Shown here: positions 13,085 through 25,959 of the stretch, piece after piece | Numbering within the stretch: the first letter of the stretch is position 1 | Layout: each line of letters opens with the position of its first letter | Assembly (NCBI RefSeq): GCF_004010195.1 | Contig: NC_057720.1 | Location: 32,910,961-32,974,881 of the forward strand | Direction of reading: 5' to 3' | Source of the DNA: Chiloscyllium plagiosum | Lineage: Eukaryota | Length of the DNA: 63,921 bases | Made by a program: the position numbers and the translations under genes | The notes under the pieces: generated by a model | Seen by the model: the letters and a program-made list of their open reading frames with translations, nothing else | What the model was told of the DNA's origin: nothing | The model's database searches: none

Positions 13085-14905
13085 AGGCTGTATTTACAGA
13101 GAGAGGGAGACCAAAAAAACACAGGTCGCTGTAGGCCAGTTAGCTTAACATCTGCTTTTGGGAAGATGTTACTCTATTGTAAAAGATGTATTAGTGGAAC
13201 ATTGAGTGCGTTGCTGGAAAAGCACAACAGGTCAGGAGCATCCGAGGAGCACGAGAGTCGCTGTTTCTGGCATAAGCCTTTCATCAGGAAATCTTTATCT
13301 GAAGGTTTCAGATTTGTAGTACATACTGTTTGTCCTGTTCAGGTCCAAATTCTGTTTGTCTGAATGTTGTCCGGAGATCAGTCAGTTCCGTAGGCAGGCA
13401 CTGAGGAAGGTGATGTGGCTATGATAGCAAGTCTGCTTGAGGATGTGGCTGAAGAGCTTCAGGGCAGAGGGGATGACCTGGGGGGGTGGGGGGCAGAAGC
13501 AGTGAGAGAGACTCTCTGAAATCCTTGTAGAGAGGGGAAGAGAACCTCTTCAAGGTAGGCATCCTTGGAAGAGGCTTCACAGCAGGGTTAAAATCAACTA
13601 GGAGAAAGTGAGGACTGCAGATGTGGAGATCAGAGTCGAGAATGCAGTGCTGAAAAAGTACAGCAGGTCAGACAGCATCCGAGGAGCAGGAGAAACAATG
13701 TTTCGGGCATAAGCGCTTCACAGTCACTCTCTACTTTGATCTCCAGCATCTGCAGTCCTCACTTTCTCCTAGTGGAACTTTGAGCAGTATAAAGTATGAT
13801 AAAGCTGAGTCAGCATGGCTTCACAAAATGAAAATCATGCATAACACAAAGTGTTGACAGTAGTATATTAGCATGGACAGGGGATTAGCTAACTAATAGA
13901 AGACTGAGTTGGGATAAGGGAGCATTTGCAGGATGGCAAGCTGTAACTATTAGTGCCACATGGATCAATGCTAGGTCATAATTATTACCATGTATATTAA
14001 TGACTTGAGTGAGGAAAGTGAATGTACTATAGCCAAGTTTGTAGATTAAACAAAAATAGGTGGAAGACAAGGAGTGAGATTGACTCTGACTCTGACTGAC
14101 TCAGACTAGAAAAGGATATAGACAGATTAAGTGAGTAGGGGAAAAAAATCAGCAATATAGATGGAATATAATGTAGGAGAAAATGAGGTTATGAACTTTT
14201 GCAGGAAGAGTAGAGGAGCTAAGTATTATTTAACTGGAGGAAGTCTGCAGAAAGCTACACACAGAGTTTTGTGGGTCCTCATGCATAAATCACCAAAACC
14301 TATCATCTAAGTTCAGAAGATAACTGGGAAGGCAATTAGAATGACCTTTATTTCAAAGGGAATGGAGTATAAAAATAGGATGGTCTTGCTACATCTATAC
14401 AAGATACGAGTCAAACCACAGCTCAAATACTGTGAATAGTTTTGGGCCCCTTATTTAAGGAATGATATGATGGCATTGGAGGCAGTCCAGAGAATGTTCA
14501 CTAGCTTGATCCCAAGTATAGTGTTCCATTAAAAAGCAATCTTATTGAAATATACAAGAGTTTTCAGAGACTTGACAGAGCAGATGTGGATAGGTTATTT
14601 CCCTTTTGGGAGATTCAAGAATCCGAGGGCATAATCTCAGAATAGGGGGTCACCCATTTAAAATGGATGAGGAATTTCTTTTCTGAGGATAGTGAAAATG
14701 TAGAATTCTTCACCACAGATGGCTGTTGAGGCTGGGTCTTTAAGCACACTCAAGGCTGAGATAGTTTTTTAATCAGTAAGAAAATCAAAGGTTATGAGGA
14801 AGAAAAGGCAGGAAAGTGGAGTTGAGGATAATCAGATTAGCCATGATCTCATAATGGGAAAGCAGGCTCAACAGGCTACTTCTGCTCTGACATCTTAGTC
14901 TTATT
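13085..14905 (+). mobile_element. CR1 LINE ORF2 RT to 3' end, decayed, interrupted by a PLE
   Basis: RPVSLTS (13132), SQHGF (13810), gtgccacatggatcaatgctagg (VPQGSVLG-like), KPQLKYC..FWAP, then the 3'UTR. Confidence 0.85.
13207..13769. mobile_element. Rearranged Penelope-like element: two inverted pLTR pieces plus ORF N-terminus (-), then a short direct pLTR end (+)
   Basis: Minus strand reads MPTLKRFSSPLYKDFRESLSHC..QVIPSALKLFSHILKQTCYHSHITFLSACLRN. TSD tagtggaacattgag (13192-13206) / tagtggaactttgag (13770-13784). Confidence 0.8.
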
Positions 14906-17900
14906 GAATGGGTTTTCAAGGTGGGGTGGGGGTGCTGGGGTTGGTACTTTCTGTCGTAAAAAGGTGTAAGGCTATGAAAGGGTTAATACTGAGGAATACT
15001 TCTAGGATGTCCGACTGTTATGATGTTTCCTGGACCTGTAGGTAGGACAGCTGACAATCTCAGGAGTAAAACCTAATGTCCAGATCCTCCTCAGTCTGTA
15101 TAACAATGTCTAGCATATCATCACAATGTGTAGATGTTTCTAACATACAGTTAACTATTTATGATTCAGCACAAGAACCTCTTCCAGGTAGACCAGTAAG
15201 TGATTTTACCAGCAACATTAGGCCAAGTATAGATTTGCACACTTGAAGGGGATTGCAGCAACAAACCTGCAACATGGTGAGTTGCAGACTCAATTTAACT
15301 GCAGATAACAATATAAGCCTGATGCATTCAGGGCCCTTGATCATGTAGCTAGCCTGCAGTTTGCGCTGCATTTCAATTGGAAAATTAAGGAGGAAACACA
15401 AACTTTGTCTGCTGCCTGTCTGAACAGGTTGTGGGTGGATTGTGACCTACATGCCCAGGATGTTTGCAAAGCAGTTTTTAGGCCACAGCATTTTGCACTA
15501 ATCATCCATGATTTCTGAACCATGAAAGCCCTAATCAACTTAAATTGATAAAATAATTCAGTAGTTCTATCTCTGACCTTTTGATGTCTGAAGCATTTAC
15601 AAAATAGTGCTCACTTGAGGTGATATTTTTGAAGGAGCTTCTGTTTAACTGTGTAAAAGCTTACAAGTATCTTGCATGTGGTCAAAGTGTACTTTGTTAT
15701 CAACTAGTTTTGTGGCTTGATCATTGGATAAGAATAATTGTTTTAATGGGAATTAGCATTACAGGAGAACTAACAGGTGAATTGATGAACTCTTCACTTG
15801 CAAGACACGTTTGTCTGCAAAACGTTTAGTTCGTCACAGAAGGTTTGTCAGCAGCAGAGGAGAGGACTAATGTGAGTCCAAAAAGAATTTTTGTAATTCT
15901 TTCTTTTTAAAATTTTGATTTCTGAATTCAGACTGCATGAACTGTCTGATTTTAAAAACTTGTTGGGGCACCAGCCAGAATGTTCAGAGTCTTTTACTCT
16001 GCTAGATATGAATCAATGACTATGATTTTCCTTCCAAGCATGCAATGTATATAGTATTCCGCATTCTGTCCTCATCCAAAGCCATGTTCTAATGAGCAAT
16101 TCCATTTTAGCACATAATAGAAAAAATAAGCAGAAAGGAGTTTATGCTGCAGTGGTGTTATAAATAGCAAGTTACCTGAATAGTGCTGCCTTTTTCATTT
16201 TTGTGATATTGCACGGAACAAGAATCTGACATCAAACGGCATCATAACTTTGCTCACCACCTTTCCTGACACTACTTTTTGCTCCTTCCCATTTACTGCT
16301 TTTTGCCTCTCACTCACACTACGCATCCTGGTTGCGGCTTCCCACTACCAACACCTACTTGGTGTTTCGCTTGCTACCCCTCTCCTGAATTCTCGAGGTA
16401 GTAGTGGAGGGCAGGGTAGAAAAGGGAAGGGAGTCAGAATGGCAGCAAATGGGACAGAGTTAGGTGGTTAGGACACAGAAGCAGTGAGGTGATAAGTTCA
16501 ATTGGTATGCATAAATTGAAAGATGAGCTTTAGACTAGCTTGATTCAAGGCAGCCATTAGGTTTTTAATGTAAAAGTTACAGGTCAGAAGCATAACCTAC
16601 TCTGTTTTATGGGCAAGCAATTTTTGCTTAGTGTGCTATACTTTAGGAAAATTAGTATTACATGAGGGTTAGGTGTAAGGCAATTGAAAAATCCGTACTT
16701 CCCTCTTTGAGAGTGTTGCAACTATCTAGTTTGTGCTTGAATTTATAATATTTACTTTTATTTTTGAAGCTTTATAGTACAAAATGGGCTCAATGATTGA
16801 AGTATGCAATCTAGTGTACTTAAAAAGGTTGTGGTCAAGTTATTTTGAGAGGTTAATAGCTAGAAAGGTAGTGTCAGAAACAAAAGGCGTGCTTACTAAA
16901 ATAGAGACATGGTGTCTACATTGCTTACAATGAGAGTCAAGAGAAATTGTTTAGTTTTGGGAGTTAAAGTTCAATTATTTAAAAGCATTCAGTGAACTCT
17001 GAAAGGCTGTAAAATCCATTTGCTTCATCACATCAAGATGAGATTGCAAATGAGTGACACTTCCTCTAAGTCATGTTAAGGAGAACTCCAAGCAGGCCAC
17101 ATCAAATTAGAGCTGGAGGAGCTGAAGACACACAATATCTGTTTGCTAGAAGAAATTAGTTTCAGTTTAGATCTGAGTGCCAAAGCAGAGGTTGCGCAGT
17201 TGCTACTGTTAGCAGAATCCAGGCAGTTAGGGCTCAGGAGAGATCCAAAGTAATGGTTACTCTCTGAAAAGGACAAAGGTCAGGGTGAAAAGCACTGGGA
17301 ACCATTGACGTTTCAGTCACCTAAGAGTGGGATGAAAAAACACCAGTAATCTTTGCTTGAAGCAGCTGAGAAAGATTGGAACTTAGAAATTCAACAGCAG
17401 CTATGTAAAACTAGCTGTTTGATGAAAACTGAAATTGTACTAGTAATTAGATGCTTAAGAATAGTCTCAGGAGTTTTGAAGAAATCAATCTTTGAAGAAG
17501 AGATTGAACTACCAAAAAGTGAGCAATTGGAGAGCCTTTGAGGGTGCTCCAAGACTAGATCTTCAAAAATAACGAATTAGAATTCTTTAGCAAAGTTGAC
17601 AGAATTTTAATGAGGTTTGGTGTCCCACAGTGATAAGTGTCAGGATGGCATCTACTGTTGCACTTTAAATTGTCAATGTGGTAATCTGTGAAATGGTTGA
17701 TAAAGTTTGTCTATTAACTTGTAACTACCTCGTGTTAATCCTGGTAACAAGTTGTTTATTAGTTAGAATCATATCCCAACTATTAAAAATAGCCACCTCT
17801 AACATATAATGTTGTACAATTGAAGATTGAGGAATATTTATCTAAAAAATATTCCTGCAACATTTTGAGGCACAAGGGTGTTTTTAGGTGCTTCCACCGT

Positions 17901-19349
17901 GATATATTTGTTTTAATTTACACTTTCACTTGTATGTAACACTGAGGTACCAATGCTATGGGATCTGTTTTATTTTTAGCAGTTCTGGGTACATTCGCCA
18001 AAGCTGTAGGAACAGACAATGGTGTGTAGTTATTGAATAGTTCAAGATTTTATATTCTGGCTCCTGGACCTTCCCTGATAGAAAATCCAGAGCACAGTAG
18101 AAAATGCACTTCTACGCTGTACAATTGCTCTATGCTGCTTGTGAGGCCTGCTGATGTTTAGAGCAGTTGGTCTCTCCATTGGCAGCAGGTTGTAAATTTG
18201 CCAGTAGGACTTAATTTATTGTATATTGCTGCTATCAAAGTTGATAATCCAACATTGATAATCCTATAAGGTATAAGTGACATGAGTCATTTTAGTGAAT
18301 TCATGTTTGATATTTCTGTTCATCTGGGAAGGGATCATTATTGGCTGCGCCCCCTCTAATTGCAGTGAGTATAAGAAATCTAAAAACAAAGACTTTTATT
18401 CTGTACCAACCGTGTTTGTGCCTACAGGCCTCAAGGTCTCGTTGAGCTACTGGAGTTGAATGACAGATTTGCATGACTGTTTTATTGATAGAATGGGTAT
18501 AAATAAAATGAAGCACTGCAGCATTGATGCATAGGAACATAGAGCATGATTTCCTCCCTTTAGTCTCCTTTATGGCTAAATCGGAAGCAGAAAATGGTGC
18601 AAAGTATTAATTCTGGTTAGAAGTTGTCACTTAAAGAAAATTTACGTAAATTGCATCCCAACATTGACAAGCCATTAAAACTCCATGTGAAAGTTATGAT
18701 TTATTAGCTTGATGTAATGCTAAATGAGCGAGGGGATAAGGAAGAGAAAAAGAAACTAGTTTCAATGTGGTTGAAAATTGCTTCAGTAGGTGAAATTGAG
18801 ATCTCTTTGTGAAGCAGTTTAAGTCTTTAAGGTTTCAATCTGGGCTCAGTTTCCCAGAGAATCTTGTCCAATTTCCATTAGTCTTATTATTTCTTCTGGG
18901 TAGCTGATACTATCTTTCAGTAGTTAGGACAGATGATTTCTCTGGCTGAATTACTAACTGCAGTGGATTTTAGAACAGGCTTAACAGGTCTTTTTATCTT
19001 TGTCTTTTTGTATGTTTATGTATCTTCCCCACAGATAGGTTTGAAAGCCAAAGCTGACGCCTACAGGGAAAATCTTTTTGCAGTCAGCCAAGTTACCAAG
19101 TGTTGTTTGTTTCACTGAGATGGATCTCGGTGAATGAAAGCTATAAGATTTGTTTTGTAACCTGGTAATTTCATCCTAACAGCTTCACACTGTATTCTCC
19201 CTTCAATATCTAAATAGGAAAAGGTTACAGCCTTATTTTTGATTATTTGATTCTAGAAAGTGGCTGTAACAGAATGCAGTACATGGAGGACATATACTAA
19301 GTGTGCGTTCTGATATTTGCTGTCACACTACTCAGGCATGTGGTAGTGT

Positions 19350-20500
19350 TCATCCCACCTTTTCCTGTATCGACGCTGCCCTGTGCTCCCACGAAGAGGT
19401 TGAACAGTTCATCCACTGACCTCAAATTCACCTGGATCGTCTCAGACTCCTCCCTCCCCTTCCTAGACCTTTCCATTTCTATCTCGGGTGACCGAATCAA
19501 CACGGACATTTACTATAAACCGACCAACTCCCACAGCTATCTAGACTACACCTCCTCCCACCCTGCTCCCTGTAAAAACGCAATCCCATATTCCCAATTC
19601 CTTCGTCTCCACTGCATCTGCTTCCAGGAGGACCAGTTCCAATACCGTACAACCCAGATGGCCTCCTTCTTCAAAGACCGCAATGTCCCCCCAGACGTGG
19701 TCGACGGTGCCCTCCACCGCATCTCCTCCACTTCCCGCTCCTCCGCCCTTGAGGCCCGCCCCTCCAACCGCCACCAGGACAGAACCCCACTGGTCCTCAC
19801 CTACCACCCCACCAACTTCCATATACAGCGTATCATCCGCCGTCATTTCCGCCACCTCCAAACGGACCCCACCACCAGGGATATATTTCCCTCCCCTCCC
19901 CTATCAGCGTTCNNNNNNNNNNNNNNNNNNNNNNNNNNNNNNNNNNNNNNNNNNNNNNNNNNNNNNNNNNNNNNNNNNNNNNNNNNNNNNNNNNNNNNNN
20001 NNNNNNNNNNNNNNNNNNNNNNNNNNNNNNNNNNNNNNNNNNNNNNNNNNNNNNNNNNNNNNNNNNNNNNNNNNNNNNNNNNNNNNNNNNNNNNNNNNNN
20101 NNNNNNNNNNNNNNNNNNNNNNNNNNNNNNNNNNNNNNNNNNNNNNNNNNNNNNNNNNNNNNNNNNNNNNNNNNNNNNNNNNNNNNNNNNNNNNNNNNNN
20201 NNNNNNNNNNNNNNNNNNNNNNNNNNNNNNNNNNNNNNNNNNNNNNNNNNNNNNNNNNNNNNNNNNNNNNNNNNNNNNNNNNNNNNNNNNNNNNNNNNNN
20301 NNNNNNNNGGCCTATCACCCTCACCTTGACCTCCTTCCACCTATCGCATTTCCAACGCCCCTCCCCCAAGTCCCTCCTCCCTACTTTTTATCTTAGCCTG
20401 CTGGACACATTTTACTCATTCCTGAAGTAAACGTCGATTCTCCTGTTCCTTGGATGCTGCCTGACCTGCTGCGCTTTTCCAGCAACACATTTTCAGCTCT
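19350..20500 (+). mobile_element. Penelope-like element (RT C-terminal half to pLTR), spans an assembly gap
   Basis: DLKFTWIVSDSSLPFLDLSISISGDRINTDIYYKPTNSHSYLDYTSSHPAPCKNAIPYSQFLRL is the PLE RT/thumb region. Ends in the pLTR tgctgcctgacctgctgcgcttttccagc. Its hammerhead (20420-20440) has lost stem II. Confidence 0.9.
19913..20308. other. Assembly gap (396 N)
   Basis: Run of N inside the PLE. ORFs crossing it are artefacts. Confidence 1.
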
Positions 20501-22170
20501 TAACTAAACTGAGCCTGGATAACATTGTCACTGATTTGATGTAAACTCACTAAATTTGCCTAGTATAATTGCAGCTATTGTATAAAGTAACTGAGCAATT
20601 TCCCTGTTGCTATCAAGTGCAAAGCTTTGATAAATCCTGCTGTCAATTCAGTAGGATTATGAAGTGTCTCGATTTAAATCCAGTTATAGCTCTCTCCTCT
20701 TCTCCATTAGAATTCTTTTACACTGACATTAGTAAATGCTAAAAATAAGAAATCAGATAAATCATTGTGAAACCTAATGTCAGCATTTGAATGTCCATTT
20801 TTTTTTCCAAAGCTAACTTTTGAAAGCCCCGAGACAGCAGGTGTTCACCCTTATGTCGTCCCTATCCTTTACTACTCAGAGATCATCAGTTTCAATCCAC
20901 AGTATCCACCATTTGTTTTAAAAACTACATTTTTGGTTCAAATAATGATCTTGTGAGTTGCTCTTTTAAGTGTTACACGTTATTCCTGGACCTTGCTCTC
21001 TTGTGCAAAACACTTGTGATCTGCTTAGTTTCTGTTTTCTAATGGACTTTGCTCCCACCTCTCCCTTAGAAATGCAATCCTGAGGAAAAAAAATTACCTT
21101 CCCCTACCTCCCTTGTTTGCATGTCTCTTTTCACTCTCCTAACTGCAAATACTGCTCCCCTAGCTATGTTTTATGTTTTTGCCTTGCTCCACCTCTAGAG
21201 CTTGTGTCCTTTTAAACCACCTCCTCTAATCCGACTATGTTTGAGTCCCTGTCATCAAAAATCTTTGTCTGCTATCGTCCATGGTACCCTCCTCTGAAAG
21301 ACACTCTTTAAAAAGTCCTCTTCAGCCTCTGTCTCTGGGTAGCGCTCTGATTTTAGCCTAGTTCTGCTTGCCCAGTAGGAAATTTGAAACTTTTTTTTAA
21401 AAAAAGAAGACACTGCTCTTTTTGTTAATGGCTTCAGCATCTGGCTGCATTCTCCTGAAAGGCACTTCCCATTTTGACTGTCCTCCTGACTCCACTGCGC
21501 TACCTAAAAATAACAATCTGTCTCAACTATAAAGTAGTTTAAGAAGAAAGGCAGAAGCAAGTAAGGAGAGCAAAAAAAACCCCATAAAAACAGGAAGTAG
21601 CAGTAATGCTGAGGCATGAATACAGAATGCTAAGACATCTGAGTAGTACAGGGGCAACCTACTATGGTGGATTAAAAATCTTACCTATTGCATGCTTTAC
21701 CTGCCCAAATTAGTCCTCCTTCTTGGGCCACAATTGTAATGGACAAATCCAGATCAAAATGTTTTAGCAAAATGCTATATGTCTCAATGTGTTGTAACTG
21801 GCTCAAAACCAAACGGTAGAAAATGTGATGTGAGGTAGAGGATGCAACAGTCGACTGATTTATCGTTTTCATTGAATTCCGTAATGCATTCTTCTTCTTC
21901 TATTTTTAAGTATCCATTAGAGTTTCGGAAGCATTTAATAGAATTTGAATTCAGTCCCCAGTCCAGTATTATGCTCCATGAAAGAAATGTAAATGTCCTG
22001 ATAATTATGAAACAATAAATCCTCTGGTTCATTGTAACTGGTTTCACATGTGTGAAAACAAGTATTTGTGCGCACATATATATATTGTGCACTTATTATG
22101 GTTCCAGCTGATGGTAATACCAGCCAAATCAGATTCCAGCGTGAAACCTGATTTGAGAGGTAGTGGTGAA

Positions 22171-22500
22171 AAGGCAGTGGGGTAGTAGCAATATCACTGG
22201 ACTACTTGTCCAGACCCAGGTTAATGTTCTGGGGATGCGTGTTTGATTCCAATCATGGCATATGGTGAAATTTAGATTCAATAAAAAAATCTGGAATTCT
22301 AAACTAACCTAACTGCTGTCAATTGTCATAAAACCAATCTGAATTGCTAATATTCTTTAGAAAAGGAAATTTGCTGTCTTTATCTGATTTGTTCTCCATG
22401 TGCTTTGTGATTGTCTCTTAATTGACTTCAGCACAGTTTGAAATGAGCAAGAAACATTGGCCTAGGAACTGTTGCCTGTGTCGCATAAACAAATATTTTT
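22171..22500 (+). mobile_element. tRNA-derived SINE (family 2) with LINE-like tail
   Basis: Head ggcagtggggtagtagcaatatcactggacta..tttgattccaatcatggca. Inverted relatives at 27356-27695, 28985-29200 and 57450-57992. Confidence 0.7.
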
Positions 22501-24592
22501 AAAAGTTGTATTTTTTGCAGTTCGATTACTGTGGTGGTCTGTCACTGAATGTGCTCACACTTGACTTTTGATGCCTTTTTTCAATAAAAGGACATGTATT
22601 TATTGCACAAAAGAAAACCTATATGTTAATTTGTAAAGATATTTTATAAATAGCACAAAGATTCAACCTTTTCTTTCCAGCAATATCGTTTATGCAATCC
22701 CAGCGAAATATCATTCCTAACTTCACTTTAAAAGTTTTCACCCAACTAGTGAGATTGCAAATGTTTCGTGTCAGTTTTTTTCCATATTCACCAAATATAG
22801 TTTTTCCATCTCTCCCAGATCACACTGACAGAGGTTAACTTGCTGACATTTCTTGTTAAACTCTTAAGAAACACGCATGGTTTTTAACAGCCCCATCTAC
22901 TGGGACTGCTAAAACAGCTTAAGATTTCTTTCCAGCTCTGATGGTCTGGAGATTGTCAAAACTAAACTGTCCCTCTGTTAGTGTAGATCTCTCTTCTGAA
23001 CTGAACCTGCCTGTAGCCTTTGGCCTATTTTTCTGTACGTCATAAAAGCTTAAATTCTGAATATTTTAGCAGTTAACTCCCCTGGTAGCTTATCTAGTCA
23101 TTCAGCTTAAGTCACATGATTTCTTGGAAATACTTTTAACAACATTCATAAAAACATCTTCTGACCTTTATTTTTAAAAATGCTCCCCTTCACAAAACTA
23201 AAATCAAAAACTTATTTAACCTCTAATTTAGAGCACAAATCCCCAAATTATAGTAACATAATAGGGAGCAAATCCAGATAAATGAAAATGACCTCATAGC
23301 CATTACATAAGCATGCTTACAAAGAGATCAAAACTGGGAATTTAACATTCAGGGATGTTTTATCTTTCGGAAAGACAGGAGTGATGAAAAAGATTGTGGG
23401 TAGCAATGTTGGTAAGAGATGAAATGAGCACAGTTGTGAAAGACGATCTAAGTTTGGATGATGTAAAGTCCATTTGAGCAGAGGTTAAAAAAAAATGCAA
23501 GAGAAAGAAGAGAGTAGTGTACAGACCCTCAAACATTAACCATTCTCTAGGCAAGGCTATAAATTAATGAATAGTAGGAGCATATAAAATATGGAGAGCA
23601 ATAATTATGTGTGACTTTGACTTTTAATCTTCAATTTGATCAACCCAATCAACAAGAAGTGGGTAGCTATAACATCAAGTTTATGGAGTGGATTAGGGAT
23701 ATGTTCCTAGAGAAATATGTGATGGAGCAAACGAGGGAGCCGGCAATCTTAGATCTCATTATGGGTAATGAGGCAGGTTTAATAATAAACTTCAAATGAA
23801 AGATCCCCTGGGATGTAATGATCATAAAATGATGGAATTTAATATTCAGTTTGAGTATGAGAGACTTGGTTCAGAGCAAGTGTGTTTAACTTAAGGGGAA
23901 TTACAATGAAATGAGGAGAGACTTAGCTAAAGTGAACTGAGCAGATAGACTGGCAAGAGTGAAAATACGTAAGCAGTGGCAGACATTTAAAGAGGTAACT
24001 CACAACTGTTGGGCACAAATGCATCCATGGCAACCATGGCTAACTAAGGAAGTTAAAGAGTATATGAATTAGAAAGAAAAAAAAGCATATTGGGAGGCAA
24101 AAGTCTGATAGCCCAAAGTCTAGGACGAATTCAGAATCCAACATAGGTGAACTAAAAAGGTTTTAAAAGAAGACAGAAAAAATAAACTACAAGGGCAAAC
24201 TAGCTTGTAATATTTTTTTAAAAGCAACAATGGCTTCTTTAAAGATACAAAAAGGAAGAGCGAAGTTCAAGTGAACATGGGCCCCTTAGAAAAGAATCTG
24301 GGGTGATAGTTATGGGGTATAAGAGTTAAACAGATATTTGCATCAGCCATTTCAATGGAAGATACTTTGAGCATCACATTAATACTAAAGAACGTGGAGG
24401 AGGAATTAAGCACCCTCACCATCACTAGAAAAATAGTACAGAACAACCTCAATTATCTGAGCGAGACGGGCGGGGATAACATTTTTACAAGACCTTGAGA
24501 TCTTGTTTAGATAATCAGAAATTCTGATAATTGACATTTGGATAACCAAGGTTGTTGTTGTGGTTCTGTTCGCCGAGCTGGGAATTTGTGTT

Positions 24593-24632
24593 GCAGACGT
24601 TTCGTCCCCTGTCTCGGTGACATCCTCAGTGC
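24593..24632 (-). ncRNA. Type-I minimal hammerhead ribozyme, intact
   Basis: GCA-CUGAGGA-U-GUC ACC GAGACA GGG GAC-GAAA-CG-UC-UGC: stem I GCA/UGC, CUGANGA and GAAA core, palindromic ACGU, GUC cleavage triplet. Confidence 0.85.
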
Positions 24633-24736
24633 TTGGGAGCCTCCTGTGAAGCGCTTCTGTGATGTTTCCTCCGGCATTTATAGTGATATAAATGCCGTAG
24701 GAAACAACACAGAAGCACTTCACAGGAGGCTCCCAA

Positions 24737-24776
24737 GCACTGAGGATGTCACCGAGACAGGGGACGAAACTTCTGC
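24737..24776 (+). ncRNA. Type-I hammerhead ribozyme, stem-III palindrome mutated (ACGU to ACUU)
   Basis: gcactgaggatgtcaccgagacaggggacgaaacttctgc. Confidence 0.7.
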
Positions 24777-25594
24777 AACACAAATGCTCAGCTCGGCGAA
24801 CAGAACCACAACAATGAGCACCCGAGCTACAAATCTTCTCACAAACTTTGAACCGAGGTTGTTCTGTATTAGACAAACATACAGGGCTAAAGGCAATTAA
24901 GTCCCTTAGCCTTGATGACTTGCATCCTAGGATCTTAAAATAAGTCACCATAGAGATAGTGCATTGGTTGTAATTATCCAAAAATCTTTGGATTCTGGAG
25001 AAATACCAGAGGACTGAAAAACTGCTAATGTGACACCCCAATTCAAAAAGGCTGATTAGACTTTTTAACTTCAGGCTAATTAGCCTAACATCTGTTATTG
25101 GAAAAGTACTGGAATAATTTATTAAGGAAGTAACAGCAGAACCTTTGGAAAATCATAATCTAATCAAGTAGGGTCAGCATAGCTTCATGAAAGGGAAATC
25201 CCATCTGACTAATTTATTAGAGCTTTTCAAGGAAGTCTCAACCAGTATAGATATAGAGTAACTTTTAAATGTGTTGTATTTTGACTTCCAGAAAGCATTT
25301 GACGATATACCTCACAAAAAGTTGTCATAAGATAAGAAGTAGTATATTGGTATGGATAGAGAATTGGCTGTTGGGCAGGGAACAGCAAGCTGGGATGAGG
25401 GCTTCATTTTCAAGTTGGTGACCTGTATCTAGTGGGGTTCCATAGGGATCAGTGTTAGGACCACAACTGTTTACAATATATAACAATGACTTGGAGGAAG
25501 GAAGCGAATGTGCCATAGCCAAGCTTGCAAATGAAAATGTAGGTGGAAAGGCAGGTTCACAGTTTAGAGGGATATTGGTAGGTTAAATAAGTGG

Positions 25595-25959
25595 AGGAAG
25601 AGCGCCTCATCTTCTGCCTAGGAACCCTCCAACCACAAGGGATGAACTCGGATTTCTCCAGTTTCCTCATTTCCCCTCCCCCCACCTTGTCTCAGTCAAA
25701 TCCCTCGAACTCAGCACCGCCTTCCTAACCTGCAATCTTCTTCCTAACCTCTCCGGCCTATCACCCTCACCTTGACCTCCTTCCACCTATCACATTTCCA
25801 ACGCCCCTCCCCCAAGTCCCTCCTCCCTACCTTTTATCTCAGCCTGCTGGACACACTTTCCTCATTCCTGAAGAAGGGCTCATGCCCGAAATGTCGATTC
25901 TCCTGTTCCTTGGATACTGCCTGACCTGCTGCGCTTTTCCAGCAACACATTTTCAGTTC
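25595..25959 (+). mobile_element. 5'-truncated PLE (GIY-YIG C-terminus plus pLTR) inserted in CR1
   Basis: EEERLIFCLGTLQPQGMNSDF, then the pLTR. TSD aggttaaataagtgg (25580-25594) / aggttaaataggtgg (25960-25974). Confidence 0.88.
25863..25900 (+). ncRNA. Hammerhead ribozyme in PLE pLTR (family A), core intact
   Basis: CAUUC-CUGAAGA-A-GGGC UCAU GCCC-GAAA-UG-UC-GAUUC. Stem I is weak and ACGU has become AUGU. Confidence 0.7.

Larger units (their letters stand above)
24555..24850. mobile_element. Palindromic PLE terminal-repeat insertion (family B)
   Basis: 128-bp inverted arms at 24555-24682 and 24687-24814 with a 4-bp spacer. TSD aaccaaggttgtt (24544-24556) / aaccgaggttgtt (24851-24863). Confidence 0.85.
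24439..24866. mobile_element. Tigger/pogo-like MITE with TA TSD
   Basis: TA|CAGAACAACCTCAATTATC ... GATAACC(A/G)AGGTTGTTCTG|TA (TA at 24437-38 and 24867-68). The right TIR is split by a PLE. Removing the MITE restores the CR1 frame ITRKIV|LDKHTGLK. Confidence 0.8.

Noticed and set aside
16830-19180. Possible solo LTRs ending in ..TAACA (~17749 and ~19181)
   Set aside because: No convincing 5' end, TSD, PBS or second copy is visible.
19301-20396. Long ORFs of 165-342 aa
   Set aside because: Their length comes from translating the N gap. The real part is PLE RT.
21681-22092. Minus-strand ORFs (102 and 63 aa) next to a GTAAG donor-like site
   Set aside because: No recognisable domain, the frames are inconsistent with the donor, and there is no clear acceptor.
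24406-25041. Overlapping 211-aa and 120-aa Cys-rich ORFs with shared peptide; likewise 58777-58996
   Set aside because: Artefacts of DNA palindromes, not proteins.
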